Assembly (NCBI GenBank): GCA_964658305.1
Contig: OZ210884.1
Span: forward strand, 6,634,001 to 6,698,000
DNA from: Leptogorgia sarmentosa
Taxonomy: Eukaryota
DNA: 64,000 nucleotides
Direction of reading: 5' to 3'
In this document: one piece after another, positions 39,512 through 52,391 of the stretch
How the letters are laid out: each line of letters begins with the position of its first letter
How positions within the stretch are numbered: position 1 is the first letter of the stretch
Translations under genes and position numbers: made by a program
The notes under the pieces: generated by a model
Told to the model about the DNA's origin: nothing
The model's input: the letters and a program-made list of their open reading frames with translations, nothing else
Databases searched by the model: none

Positions 39512-42500
39512 CAATCATGTATCATTTTGACAAGGGATTAGCCATGTCAAAACCACTCAGTGCAATATACGTTGAAAAGGCAAAACCATGCACTGCAATA
39601 TACGTCCAATATTTTCTGATACATTCTGTATAAGGGACTTGCATCTGCGCCTGAACGACAGTTAATGTTATTTGACTTTGTTCCCATGGATACTTTCTAA
39701 TCGTCCAATTGATCTTTTGCAATAAGAAAATTGAATCTGTAGTACGGCCCATTATTCAAACGGTGTTAGATTGCGTGTAGATCAACAACATAGCTCCTTA
39801 ATTGATAATTTGGGATCAAGGGAGAAGAAAGAAGAATAAAAGTTAAAGCGTCAAGTTATCTAAAGTGAAGTTCCAGGTTTGTAAGTCTATAGCTATAGCT
39901 ATAGCTATAGCTAATATCATAGTTGTCATATATAATATTATTATAAGGTTACTAATATAATACATGTTTAGGATGAGTAAAAAGTAAACATAGCTAAATA
40001 ACTCCGTGCGAAAATCTTAACCTAAAAGAGATGTAGCTAACTGTGGAGAAAACTTGTTCATCAATACTTGGCAGAGATTGCAGCTGACCCGCAAAGAGCG
40101 ATTGTGTGGTATTATAAATAAATTCGAAGGAACGTTTACCTCCCGCTTAATTCCGTGGTACGAGCAAGGAAGAGGCGGAGAAACTCACTGCTATGAACCT
40201 GTGCGATTCACTGTTACAACATTTGTCCTTCGCTTCTTCTCAGCTTTTTATCTGGTAAACATATAGCTACCCGGTAAAACGTTTCCCGTAAAAAACATTC
40301 TATACACATTAGACTTTAGGAACCATCAATGGAGGGCCCAATATTGATCAGCAGGAAGACAAAAAAGGAGGGCTTGAGGTCTCAGCCTTTTAATTTTGTT
40401 TTGGAAGGGATGATTCATATATACGCTTAACGTTTAAATACTTTTCATTAACGTTTAAATGTTTAGAGAGTTATTAAACAAAGTTGTATTACATAAGTGG
40501 AGCCTCGAGGAGTTAGGATATACTGGATAGTTTTCACGCAGTTAAATCTCTACAAAATCCTACAGTCTCCTCAAAACCCAAAAATCAAGGCAGAAACCAC
40601 CTACATGTGAATTGTCCTGAAAACGTTAAATGCAGTAGCTAACTCCGAATTACCAAATATGAAAGGGTACTTTCTGTAAGTTTTTGAAATATTACTTTTC
40701 GGTGACACTGTTGTATTCCGCGCTTAGAGTGGCAGGTGATGGCAATCTAGAAGAACTTTCGTGGCAACTGTTTACAATTTTTATCACTTTACATTATGAT
40801 TTAACAGTGTTGCTTGCGTTTCAATCTTCCAGAAGGATGTTTACGAATCTCTGTACGTCTGGGTCTAAATGAAAAACTGAAAATCCCGAAATCGACAAAT
40901 TTCCTTGTAAATCAATCGACAAGAAAAACATGAAATCATTATTCATTAACAACTTTTGACAGACCTTCGGTGAAATTAATTAAAATGTGAAATATTAGAA
41001 TACGGTGTAAATTAAGATATAAGTGGAATGAGGATTTCTGTTGTAAGATTTCATGTCTTCGAACTAATGTTTGTCCTCAATGTGAAAATCGAAACAAGCT
41101 TGGCATCATTGTGCAAGTAGGCTCTGAAACAACCCAAAAATATATTGCAACTAGCAAGAGCACGTCCGTGGACTTGTTTTAAGTGTGCAGTGAAGTGACT
41201 TGATTAAAATGCTAATTGTGTTCATATCTGTGAAATGATTTTGATATGAATGTGTTTCGCATTATGTGTTGTCTTGGCAAATGTCGTTGTGAAAATATAA
41301 GAAATTTTGGATACACGGGCATTATATTGGCGTAAACAAAGTGCCCCCGTGTGCAGCAAACTTTTGAAACATTTTTAATTGGCACGCGTGACGAAAACCT
41401 TCCAAAATCCAGCACACGGGAGCATTTTGCTTACGCCAATACAATGCACGAGTGACTGTCAGCTCAGCAGGTAGCTCTCGTGTGCGGCAGGCTTTTAGCA
41501 TTGAAAATTGTTTCGCTCTTATCACAGCTAAATATCCAGTGCTAAATTCTTATATAATAATGGCTTTTCCCATTGACACTAAATTTTTAACATCGTTGAT
41601 CGTAATATAATTCGTAAATAAATGCGTTTTCATATCAGAATCTTCAGCTTAATTAAAAAGTCCGTTGATGGGGAGAGTTCTTCAAATGTTTAGATAAGAG
41701 ATCTCAGGTATTGAGAACGAGTAGGTGGGGTTGGGCGGAGGGAGGGCCGGAGGGGGGAGGTATTCTCTTCTCGGATGCTCACTCATTCACAATGTCAAAT
41801 GGTTAGTTGAAATACTAGAACCATATTATTTATTGAACGTTGTCTCACTTATTTTTTTATTTATATGAGATTTCGGCTATCAGTCTATAGCCTTCGACGG
41901 GTGTATACAAATTACAATTATACAATTGCAATATTATATACGGTTCGGTTTGCCGTTTACACTAAAGAGCATGAATCCGATATTAGATAGACAGTGGGGT
42001 AAAATTTCACTTGGCCCTCACTATTCTATCCTGTAGTACAACCTTTAAGCGCTGGGGCAGGGGGGGGCGGTAGTCTGGAGGTTTGCTCTTTTAATGAAAT
42101 TTAGAGATCTGAGGTATTAGAAATGGGAAAATCGTGCACTCTGTGGGGGGGGGGGGGTATTTGAGTTTATTTTAATTTACTGCATATTCCATTCTCATTT
42201 TATACGGGGTCCGTATAGCTGGTGGTTGGTAAAACTTGCCTTCTTTGCATTTCTCTTTATCTCCAGGAGGCCCTGTCCATATTTTACAGATTTTATCAAA
42301 TCACGTGTTGTTTATTATTTCATATCGCGCACAGAACGGCAGGTGCATGATGGCACTTTGATATTAACAGAAAAATACATTGCAGCCACGCTCTACTGGA
42401 CATACTGCACCACATTTTAAAATGCTTGAATCCAGTTAAATTTGTCCAGTTAGAGTTAAACTTGTCTTATCAACACACATTTCCTGAAATGTCAGAAAAG

Positions 42501-43774
42501 AAATAAGAAATGTCAAAATAATAAATAATATTGATAACAATGTATCTAATTATTGTGCTTGTATGCATATTATTGTCGAAGCTTTGAATAACCTAAATAT
42601 AGCAAGGTTTGGCAACATGAAGCCACTGAGTGCGATAAAAAAGCTATTTACTGAACCGTCTGGTTTTTCAATATTGATGGATCTCAGATCGTAAATTCAA
42701 TGGCGTCATGTGCATGTGAAGTTTTTTTTTGGCAGTAAAAGGCGATCAACATGGGGGGGGGGGGGGGTGAGCATACCCATGTCGTACTCGTTGACAATAT
42801 TGTACCCAATAAATGTGATATTTTTAATTTATCTGACATTTTTCAGTTTCTAATAGCTGAGTCAAATCAATGTGTATATTAGGCTAATTTTTAATAAGAA
42901 ACAGCCTGCAGGAAACATAATTAAACAAATACAACAACACATAGCACATCCTTTTTGTCTGTAAAAAGAAGTAACAGCGAAATAAACAAGTTATAACTGT
43001 GATGGATTAGTCTATTGAAAGAGCTATATGATCAATATACCAGATATAGCTGCTGTATAAAATGAGTGAGTGAGTGTATATCATTAAACAAATTGTTCAC
43101 TAGCATGTATGCTATAACTGCTCAAACGAAAGCCCTGAATTTATCATTTCTCGAATACTGTCAAATTAATGTTAGCTTCTATAAATAAAGTTAGTAATAT
43201 ACATATACTGCTTTAAAGACCAATTTAATGGTTAAAATTCTTCTTCTTGTGAAAGTTAGTTATCATTCTATATACAGCATTGAATTAGAAATTACCAGAT
43301 TGCATGCATTGGGCAAAAGATATGCTATACGGATTGCGACCAACTTTAATAAATAAAAAATTCCATAAACTTTTATGTCGATCCGTAGGACGGTATATAT
43401 ATATATATATAGTAACATCAGGCAAAAACAAGTGGTGGTCAGTGGCCAATAAGTTGGAGCCAGTTATTCATATACTCGTATTTTACATTTTTAATTTCTT
43501 TCTAAATCAATTATATTGTTTTAGGGTATGTGAACACCAGTATTTGAATATGCAATTTGAATATGCAACCCCCCCCCCCCCCCCCCCCCCGATTAATGAT
43601 CTGGCTACGCTACTGCGCAAAGTCACAACTTACATTGCATTTACATTTTAAATCAATTAAATAAAGTTAATCTATTTTAAAACAAGGATCGGTTTTTCTC
43701 TAAAAATCTGTTAATATGTCAGTCCACTGAGCATCATATTTATCGGTTCCTTTCTCTGCTCAATTTTAGCAAAT

Positions 43775-45886
43775 ATGCTGACCCACACCGTGGAACCCTC
43801 ACCAGCTAGCGCTAGTTTACAAGCGACCTCTGACGCCAAAGAGCCCAATACCGTCATCACTAAGAAAGATCGACGATATCAGTTGGTGAAATTATTCATC
43901 ATTGCACTGGTTTCCACAGGAACAGTTGCGCTCACTATCATAGATGTGGTTCACACAGCTAACTCGTTTGAGAAGAAAACGAAATTGATCTACAAAGTTC
44001 AGGGCAGCATCAATACTGCGTTTTTGATCCACAACCTGCAAAAGGAGAGAGGTCTAACAGCGCTACAACTTGGTTTTCAGTTACTGAATTTCAATGAGTC
44101 ACGCCTGAAGCTCAGAGATACGAGACGGGAAACTACCAAAAGCATCGCTGTTTTGGAAAGCAGAGATGACACTGATCTCAATTCCATAACTGAAGGAACG
44201 TCTACATTCTATGATGAGTTGGAAGAGTTCAGAAACAAAATTGACAAGGGGAAAATAAACGTTATTACCCATTTACACAAGTACAGACATTGGGTATATT
44301 CACTTATTTCAACACTAACAGATTACATTAAGACTGAAAACTTGGAGGACTATGCTAACACAGTTTATGCATACGAAATGGTGGTCCTCGGTAAAGAAGA
44401 GGCAGGAATGGAACGTGCACTTGGTGGTCTGAAATTCATTTATGGGAAAAACTTTAGCATTATAAACACTACATGGTACAACGAGAAACGTGCTCTGGCT
44501 CAAAATTACCTGAAAACGGCATTCCTGTTTTCTCCTGAAGTAAAGAAAACGTATTCGATGTTGTTGATCAAAAATAATAATTCGCAAGTTATGAATGAAA
44601 TCGAAAAGCACAGATTTACCTTATCTGGGGCAATATACAACAAACATTCCGATAACGCAGCTTACAGATGGTTCGAGTTGATGACAAAATACAACAACAT
44701 GATGCTAGAGCTCCAAATACGACAAGCTGACTTGATTGAGGAAAAAGTGAAAGAAGAATTGTATCTTAGCACAAATCAACTTCTGATTCGTTCGCTGCTC
44801 CTGTGTTTCACGTTGATTGTGGTGCCATGTATTGTTTTGTCGTTAGCAAAAGTTCAGAAAAGTTTCTATGAATATACTTTGTCGTTGTTTGATAAAGTGC
44901 AACTGGAGCAAGCAAGAACCGATTTCATCATGCGAGAAAACGCAAGACATGTTGAAAGTAAGTCTAATTTCCCTCAACAGTTTCCATTGCATTGTAATGT
45001 CACTGCCTGTGCTGGAATTCTTGAATTCTTACTTGATTGTTCTTAAGGCCCGTTTACACTTGCAACTTTCACTGCGATTTCTAGTGCGATTTTCTCCTTT
45101 TCATGGATGTGAACGAGTAAACTAGTTGCAAATGTATGGTGAAGAAAAATCTACTCACCGCATGCGGTATTAATCCACTCATTCACATCCGTCAAAAGAA
45201 GAAAATTGCACTAGAAATCGCAGTCAAAGTTGCAAGTGTAAACGGGCCTTTAAGGTCTGTGAACACGAATGTGCGAGTAGCCTATCTGCTGACAGTCACT
45301 GGTGCCAGTCTATCTTACAGACACTCCTGCCAATTGGCGTAAGCAAAATCCCCCCTAAACAACTATTATGCAAATGTTAATCATGATTTAAAATAAGACT
45401 GGCCGCCACAGGAAATTTAATGTAATTTATAATTAAGTTTAGCTTTAATTTTGGGCTACTGAAGATTTTACCCGTGATAAGTTAAAATGAAATTGCATTT
45501 TGTAAATGTTCAATCTTGAAACATTTGCCCTACACAGCTGGTCTGTTATCTTCATAAGCAGATATTGATCATCTTTTTGACAAAAACGCCATGCATGATG
45601 CGAAATATAAAATTTCTATTCCGATATACATAGCTATATAAATATTTCTTTATAAAATCGAAAGGAAATGAATAAAAAAACTTTCAAATTTGCTCGACTC
45701 GATCATATAATAAGTTATGCCTGTGTTCATGATAATGAATAGTGTATGTATATCCAGCCGTACTTTGAACAAATACTAAACGAAAAAAAACCCCCTCATT
45801 TTTTAGAATTGGCAGAACGATGGAAGGGTTTTTCTGCTACCGATGATTCAATAAATTCTCGCAACTCGTCAGTCGGAAATATTTAA
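43775..45886 (+). CDS. TM-NIT-TM membrane protein 2 (420 aa), no cyclase domain
   Basis: Exons 43775-44957 and 45807-45886; motifs IHNLQKERGLT and KEEAGMERALG; two TM helices; exon 2 reads KLAERWKGF...GNI*. Confidence 0.87.
45045..45250. mobile_element. PIF/Harbinger-like MITE in the NIT-2 intron
   Basis: aaggcccgtttacacttgcaacttt / aaagttgcaagtgtaaacgggcctt TIRs. Confidence 0.8.
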
Positions 45887-46435
45887 CAAGTTGGACAGGA
45901 ATGAATCGTGTGAAGAAATTTCTTAATATTTGCTGTTATCCTGAGAAGATTTTGTCATCTATTAAAGTATTAAGAGCTAGATAAAAGAAAAGACCCGTCT
46001 TTGATGTGTTTGATTATGGATGTCGATTTTAAACTAGTCCTGTTTAATAGAAATGCTTGCTAACGAACAACTTAGCTAACATCGTTTACGAACGAGAACG
46101 TCTATATGCGCAGCCGTTGAACAAAGATATAAGATTTAGTGTTAGATATAAACCATTTTTCTATATACTACGAATTTTTTTAATCCCAACCCAACCCTAG
46201 AATCCTAACCCTAACCATTGTGGTCAGAAAAATATTGAGGAAAAAAAAGTTTTCATCACCAACGCTGAAAAAATGTGTCGAACTGGGGTTTGAACTATAG
46301 AACTGCAACGCACGCACCGCGTACCTCACCACTTGAGCTAAATCGAGCTCGCTGCTCACCACTCTGGGCTGGCTAAACTCATATGATTATAGACCCGGGC
46401 AATCACTGTTCATAATTTACCAGGCCAGGCTACTT

Positions 46436-46914
46436 AGGGGCTGTTTATGAGAGCCGGGACGGGACGTTTGCCGGGACGGGACGTTTAACGGGATCCCGGC
46501 CTATATACACTTTGCTATTATTAATATGATCTGTTTATATGGAGCCGGGACGTTTTTCGTCCCGTCCCGGTCAGGCGAGATCCCGGTTTTGACAACCGGG
46601 ATCCCGCCTTAAGCGGGACGATTTTTCCCATATAAATGCTCCATCCCGCCTGACCGGGACAATGTCAATTTTTATATTTCAACAATAATTTCAATTATAT
46701 GGTTCAATTCTCTTTTTTCTTGTTAAGGTCATGAAATAACATTCAAGTACGGTGAAATGCGAGTATAGAATGAATTATTAACGTCAATGTTGACGGAGAA
46801 AACGTCCCGGTGAACGTCCCGTCCCTCCCCTCATGTAAAGGGAAATTCAACACGGGATGAAAAACATCCCGTCTCGGCAAACGTCCCGTCCCGCCTCTCA
46901 TATAAACAGGCCCT
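46436..46914. mobile_element. PIF/Harbinger-like MITE with cgggac subrepeats
   Basis: aggggctgtttatgagagccgggacgggacgtttgccg / cggcaaacgtcccgtcccgcctctcatataaacaggccct; TTA flanks. Confidence 0.8.
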
Positions 46915-48169
46915 TAGACGATAGTCCAGCGTGGGTATTACCCATGTTCTCAATTGAGAAATATCGGGTACTACCCGTTGCGGTCTTTGTTTAACGGGTG
47001 CTATATGCGGTATTATTTCTATTTTTACGACTGAAAAACAACATGAAATAATTGGAAGCATGCATGTAGGTGGCATAAATCATTAAAATATAATTGCTAT
47101 ATATTAAAAACATATCTTGTTATTAAAAATTTCGTCGGATATTTTTTGTTTGTGTATTCATTAATACTACAACTGTTGACGACTGCCATCTCAAACACAG
47201 AAGCTGGGCTCAAAACTATGATTCCAGTCTCAACAAAAACTCGATTTTGTCAGAGAATACAGGGTCCTTAATCATTTCTCATTAACTTAATAATTTTATA
47301 TACTAAAATCTAGGCAAGCTATGTATACATACGATATTATGATTTATTGTATGGCAGAGACAAATCTTAATGACGCTTATATATTAAAAGTCGAGAAATT
47401 CAGGAAATTGATCTTGCTCCATCATGAAAACATTGTACAAAATAAAATTTTAAGGAAACTGAAACTTTATATGCCGCACTCGGTGACGACGAAAAACACT
47501 CTCCCACTTGTTTGTTTTGTTGTTATTTATGTTGCTAATATGAGAGTTTCTGAGCTGCTGAGTTTTTTTGTTAAACAATATATATGTATTTTCCTCATCC
47601 TGGACAGACCGAGCAAACGTTAAAACGTCTTTGTGAATACGTTTGGTAATAATTTAAGACGTTCTCAGTATTTCTTGTGCTGCATTAAAGTGACCAAACA
47701 GTATACTCTCACTATTAAATTGATGAAGCAGAATATATTGAGCAGAGAACTTTTGTTAGCAATTAATGAATATTGAAAAATGTATGAATGTCCTTGCGAA
47801 CAAATCAACAAGTAATCTTGCATATTCTCGTCTCCTTTGAATGAATTGCGTTTTAGATGCAATAAGAAAAGCACCTGCAAGGAGAGCGGCGTTACGTTAA
47901 TGAACATTCACCTCGTTTCCGTAATCATGGGAACCAAAAATATACATGACAATCAACAAAGCTGTCATTCGATAAATGATAAAATGGATCTCTGTAAATA
48001 GATTTTATGTATCGGGTTAGACATTGATATATTGACATACATTTATCAAAAGCTTATTTTATGACCGTGCCAGACACCGCCTTTAATTTGCTGTCGATGC
48101 ATGTGATAATGCCGAAAAATTAAAGCTAGAAACACAAGCCATTTTCCACGGATAAATTGACACGTAGGG

Positions 48170-48226
48170 TATAAAAGGAATACTGAAGGATACCTTATAG
48201 TTGGCAAAGGAAGAATTTCAGTAAGT
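48170..48226 (+). promoter_or_regulatory. Candidate TATA box and non-coding first exon of NIT-3
   Basis: TATAAAA at 48170-48176, donor gtaagt at 48221, acceptor ctacag at 48810 before the ATG at 48847. Confidence 0.45.
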
Positions 48227-48846
48227 CGTGGAAATCGAAAACTTACCATCTTCCATTGCCTAGTTCTTTCTGACTACAACATTCTACAATCCAGGTACGT
48301 TTTCAAAGTAAATACTATAGGATTAGAATCATGCAGTCCAGAGGATTAGAGTCATAGCTTAGCTAATTATTTACTGTTACGTCCAGCTGTACAAATTCTA
48401 AAACTTTTCCGAAGTATGAAAACTATAACGTTGCTATACATTAAAACATTGTGGGGGTTTTTTTTGCGACAAACTCTATTACCTAAAACACGTTTATTCC
48501 TTGTAGAGGAATATATTTTTGTGTTCGAATTCGAAGCCATGACAATAATGATTAAGGAAAAAAAACTTGTACGTCACGTATTTTTTTTGTCGCAGCTTCG
48601 AGATTAAACTTGCAAAAAGAGCTGATGACGTGACCTGCTTCTGTCATGCTTTACATGCATTATAGAAATAGTTAGGGTTTTCTCAACTTTTCTGAAAAAA
48701 TATACCGGCCATGTCAGCATGCAAGCATTAAGGCTACATCAAATCACAGGGAGACTTTTAACAGTAAGATCCTTTACATTTTCACCCTTGAATGATATAC
48801 GTCCCCCTACAGATCGCCGTTGAACTGCCGTTGAACAGTGAAAGTG

Positions 48847-50744
48847 ATGGAACACGCGGTGCAACCTTCCACAAGTTTCCAAGCCACAGCTGACGCCAAA
48901 GATCCAACGATTGCCATTAAGAAGAAAGACCGACGACATCAGATACGTAAATTATTCGTCATTGGGTTGATATCGATAGCCACGGTTGTCCTCACTGTCA
49001 TCGAAATAAATCTAACTGTGACATCGTATCTTGCGAAAGTGAAATTGGTATCGAAAATTCAAGGTAGTATCGAAACAGCATATGTTATTCATCAGCTGCA
49101 AAAGGAGAGATCACTGACAACACTACAATTTGGTTTCAAGCAACTCAAGTTCGATGAACATCGTCTAAAATTAAGCCACAGGAGAAAGAAAACTGACGAA
49201 AGCATCGTGTTGTTGGAGAGAAGAGATGACACCAGCCTAAAGGCGTTTACTGGAGGAGCTTCGTCACTCGCAGAAATCCTAAAGAGGTTCAGAGAGAAAA
49301 TTGATAACGGTGAAGCAAATGTAATTGAACATTTAAAGACATACAGATATTGGGTATCTGTACTCATTTCAACACTGGTAAACTATACAAAATCTGAAAA
49401 TTTGGGCGACATTGCTGATTCGGTTTACGCATATCAGATGTTTGTTCTCAGTAAAGAAGAGGCGGGTATGGAACATGCTCTTGGGAGTTACAAATTCGCC
49501 AAAGGCAAGAACTTCAGCATTTTGAACACTACATGGTATAACGAGAAACGTGTCCTTGCTCAGAACTATCTCCAAACAGCTTTCTTGTTCTCGACTAAAG
49601 TGAAGAAGACCTATGAAGTGCTAATGAGGAAAAACAGGACTGACGAACTGATGAAAGAAATTGAAAAGAACAGACAGATATTATCAATTAGCGAAACACA
49701 CCAAAATTTGTCGGAGGTCGAAGCATACCGTTGGTTTGAAATGATGACGAAGTACAATGATCTGATGTTGAAACTTCAAAAGCAACTAGCTGTTTCGATT
49801 GAAGAAAAAGTGAATAAAGAAATTCGTCAAAGTAGAAATCAGCTCGGGATCTCCGCAATGCTCTTGTGTTTTACATTCTTTGTCGTGCCATGCGCCATTT
49901 TCTCGTTGGTAAAAGTTCAGAAAAGTTTCTACCAATTGACCTTATCTTTGTTTGATAAGGTTGAACTGGAGCAAGGAAAAACAGATTTTCTTATGAAGCA
50001 AAGTGCCACACATGTTTTTCGTAAGTTTGTCATTCATGCACTTATTTAACAACAATTTTCCATAAAATGTCAAATAGGGCAAAGTCAACGAAACTGTTGT
50101 TTTCAGGGGAGTTTGATCAGGGCGTAGGAAGCACATTGAAGTCGGGGGGGGGGGGGGGGGGGCATCGGGTCACAAAGACCAGTTGACATTGACAAGTATA
50201 CACAAGACACTTTACCTCAAAGGAAAAGGGCACTTTCCGAGCGATTTATAATATGGGGGGGGGAGGGGGGAGGGGGGCTTAGCCTTCTTCTCCTCCCCCC
50301 ACTCATTTCTACGCCCCTGATTTTGATACCCCCTCGCACCTCAGTAGCTACGCGCCCGATTTTCTTAGCTGCATGTGCATGTTGTACCTGGTGTATAAGA
50401 ATGAAAAGATCCAATCATGCACATCCAATATTGTGTTTCTACACATTAGAGCTGTCAAGTTACTTCCTTTTTTAGACACCCAGTGCAATGAAGTGTGTTG
50501 AAGTAAACATGTGGACACATTGCTTTTCTATTTCACAGATTTAAGAGGAAGGTGGAAAGATTACTTCAGAAAAATACTCCGACAGATTGTCCGAGATTGC
50601 CAAAAGGAAGCGTTGATTATGGGCAGCAACAAAACATTGGGCAGAAATAAACATACAATTATACGACAAGTCTATGTCTATAATACTGTTAACATTATGT
50701 ATTTACAGGGCTGGATTAACAAATTTTGGGCCTGGGACTGGTAA
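48847..50744 (+). CDS. TM-NIT-TM membrane protein 3 (~459 aa as assembled), no cyclase domain, divergent NIT motifs
   Basis: Exons 48847-50020 and 50539-50744; motifs IHQLQKERSLT and KEEAGMEHALG; same intron position and phase as the paralogs; exon 2 starts HLRGRWK. Confidence 0.83.
50118..50319. mobile_element. hAT-like MITE in the NIT-3 intron
   Basis: cagggcgtag / ctacgcccctg TIR; 8-bp flanks agtttgat/attttgat. Confidence 0.75.
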
Positions 50745-51019
50745 ACTAAAAGGGCCTCTATATTATTAGGTAAAACTATTTGTTAGTCGTCTTGTTGGAA
50801 TGGAATTTAATCAGAAAATAAACGAAAACCAGTGTTTAATTTTGCTTTTGTTTTTCATTCAAGTTTGATAAATAACATTGAAACTCTGCTGCAGGTTTCC
50901 TTGATTTTGTTGCAGCAAATTTCTTTATTACTACTCGCAGCTAGGGGCCTATTTTTCGTTGGGCCTGGAGCTCTAGTCCGGGCAGTCCCACATCAGCTCC
51001 GAGTGTTAATCCGAGCCTG
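50706..51019. mobile_element. hAT-like MITE overlapping the 3' end of NIT-3; related 3' half at ~28960-29117
   Basis: cagggctggattaac / gttaatccgagcctg TIR; 8-bp flanks tgtattta/ggtattta. Confidence 0.75.
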
Positions 51020-51527
51020 GGTATTTAAAAATTAAGGTAGAGTAGTCATGCTTCCTTTTTCTTGTGTGATTTTGATTTATTTCAATCAAAATAATTGCTA
51101 GATAATTAATTTGCTCCTAAGACAATTGAGAATACAATTTACTTGAGTGTTAGACAGTTACAGACTTACAGTTTGTATATTTAAAATTCAATTTTTTTGT
51201 TTCAACCCGCACTCGCCTGTCAATTTGAAGGACAGTAGAACTGTAGAAGTATCGCACATTTCTCGGGTTTCATTTTACATTACATGGCGGCATGTTTTGG
51301 TATTAAATTGTTTACGGAAGAGAGAGTAAAGGAACTTTAAATGTTCAGATGTGTAAGATGCGTATGAGAAGAATTCGATGAGCAATGCGGTGGCCCGGTG
51401 GTGTCCACTGACACACGAATGTTCCATTAGTTTTGTCCTGCGTGTCCTTTTGTCCTCTTCTTGTACTCGGTCTTTATAGTATTGTTGACATTGTAGCGCA
51501 TTTGTATGCGCGTGATTTTATACCAGA

Positions 51528-52391
51528 ATGGAATGCGGGATCTGTCATAAGACATTCTCAACTAAAGGTAATTTGGCAAGACACAAAAGATCTCACACAG
51601 GGGAGAAGCGTTTTGAATGTGACATTTGTCAGAAAAAATTTTCGCGATCATCTCACGTGGCTGAGCATAAAACAACCCATACGGGAGAAAAACCATTCCA
51701 GTGTGATGTTTGCAAGAAAAAATTCTCAAGATCATGTCACCTTTCAGATCATAAAAAAATACACGCTCGGGATGAACCTTATCAATGCGATATTTGCAGC
51801 ATAAGATTTTCTCACTTGACCCAATTAGCAGACCATAAACGCAAACACGCTGAAGAGAAGCGCTATGAATGTGATATTTGTCATCAAATATTTACCCAAT
51901 CTGGTGCTATAACAAGACATAAAAGAACACATTCTGGTGCAAAGCCGTTTAAATGTAATATTTGTGATCAAAGTTTTGCTCGTTCCAGTTCCTTGACAAG
52001 ACATCAACTAACACACACAGGCGAGAGGCTTTATCCTTGCTGTGTTTGCCCACAACGTTTTTCTAGATCAAGTCACTTAGCTCGACACATAAATAGAAAA
52101 CATAGTGAAAAAAACCCTATGAATGAATGTCATGAACCAGGAAAATCTGTGTCTCACAATGAACAAAGATCTACTGGTGACTGCTATAGATGTGATCTTT
52201 GCAACAAGCAATTTGTTGATTTTAAACATCTTATTCAACACAAGACTAAAGATCATGGTATGACTAAAGAAAGCCCTAAGATCTCCATTGATGAACTTAC
52301 TGACATTCCATGTGTTTGTTCGCTCTGTGGTGTTTCATTTGATGCTCCACAACAACTTGAACAGCACCTGAATACCCATGGTGTGGAGTAG
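51528..52391 (+). CDS. C2H2 zinc-finger protein (287 aa, 9 fingers)
   Basis: Seven tandem CxxC...HxxxH fingers with TGEKP-like linkers plus two C-terminal fingers; acceptor ataccag just before the ATG. Confidence 0.93.
   Translation: MECGICHKTFSTKGNLARHKRSHTGEKRFECDICQKKFSRSSHVAEHKTTHTGEKPFQCDVCKKKFSRSCHLSDHKKIHARDEPYQCDICSIRFSHLTQLADHKRKHAEEKRYECDICHQIFTQSGAITRHKRTHSGAKPFKCNICDQSFARSSSLTRHQLTHTGERLYPCCVCPQRFSRSSHLARHINRKHSEKNPMNECHEPGKSVSHNEQRSTGDCYRCDLCNKQFVDFKHLIQHKTKDHGMTKESPKISIDELTDIPCVCSLCGVSFDAPQQLEQHLNTHGVE

Noticed and set aside
43588..43610. Long poly-C/poly-G tracts (also 28587, 42753, 50144)
   Set aside because: Associated with MITE remnants; no evidence of function
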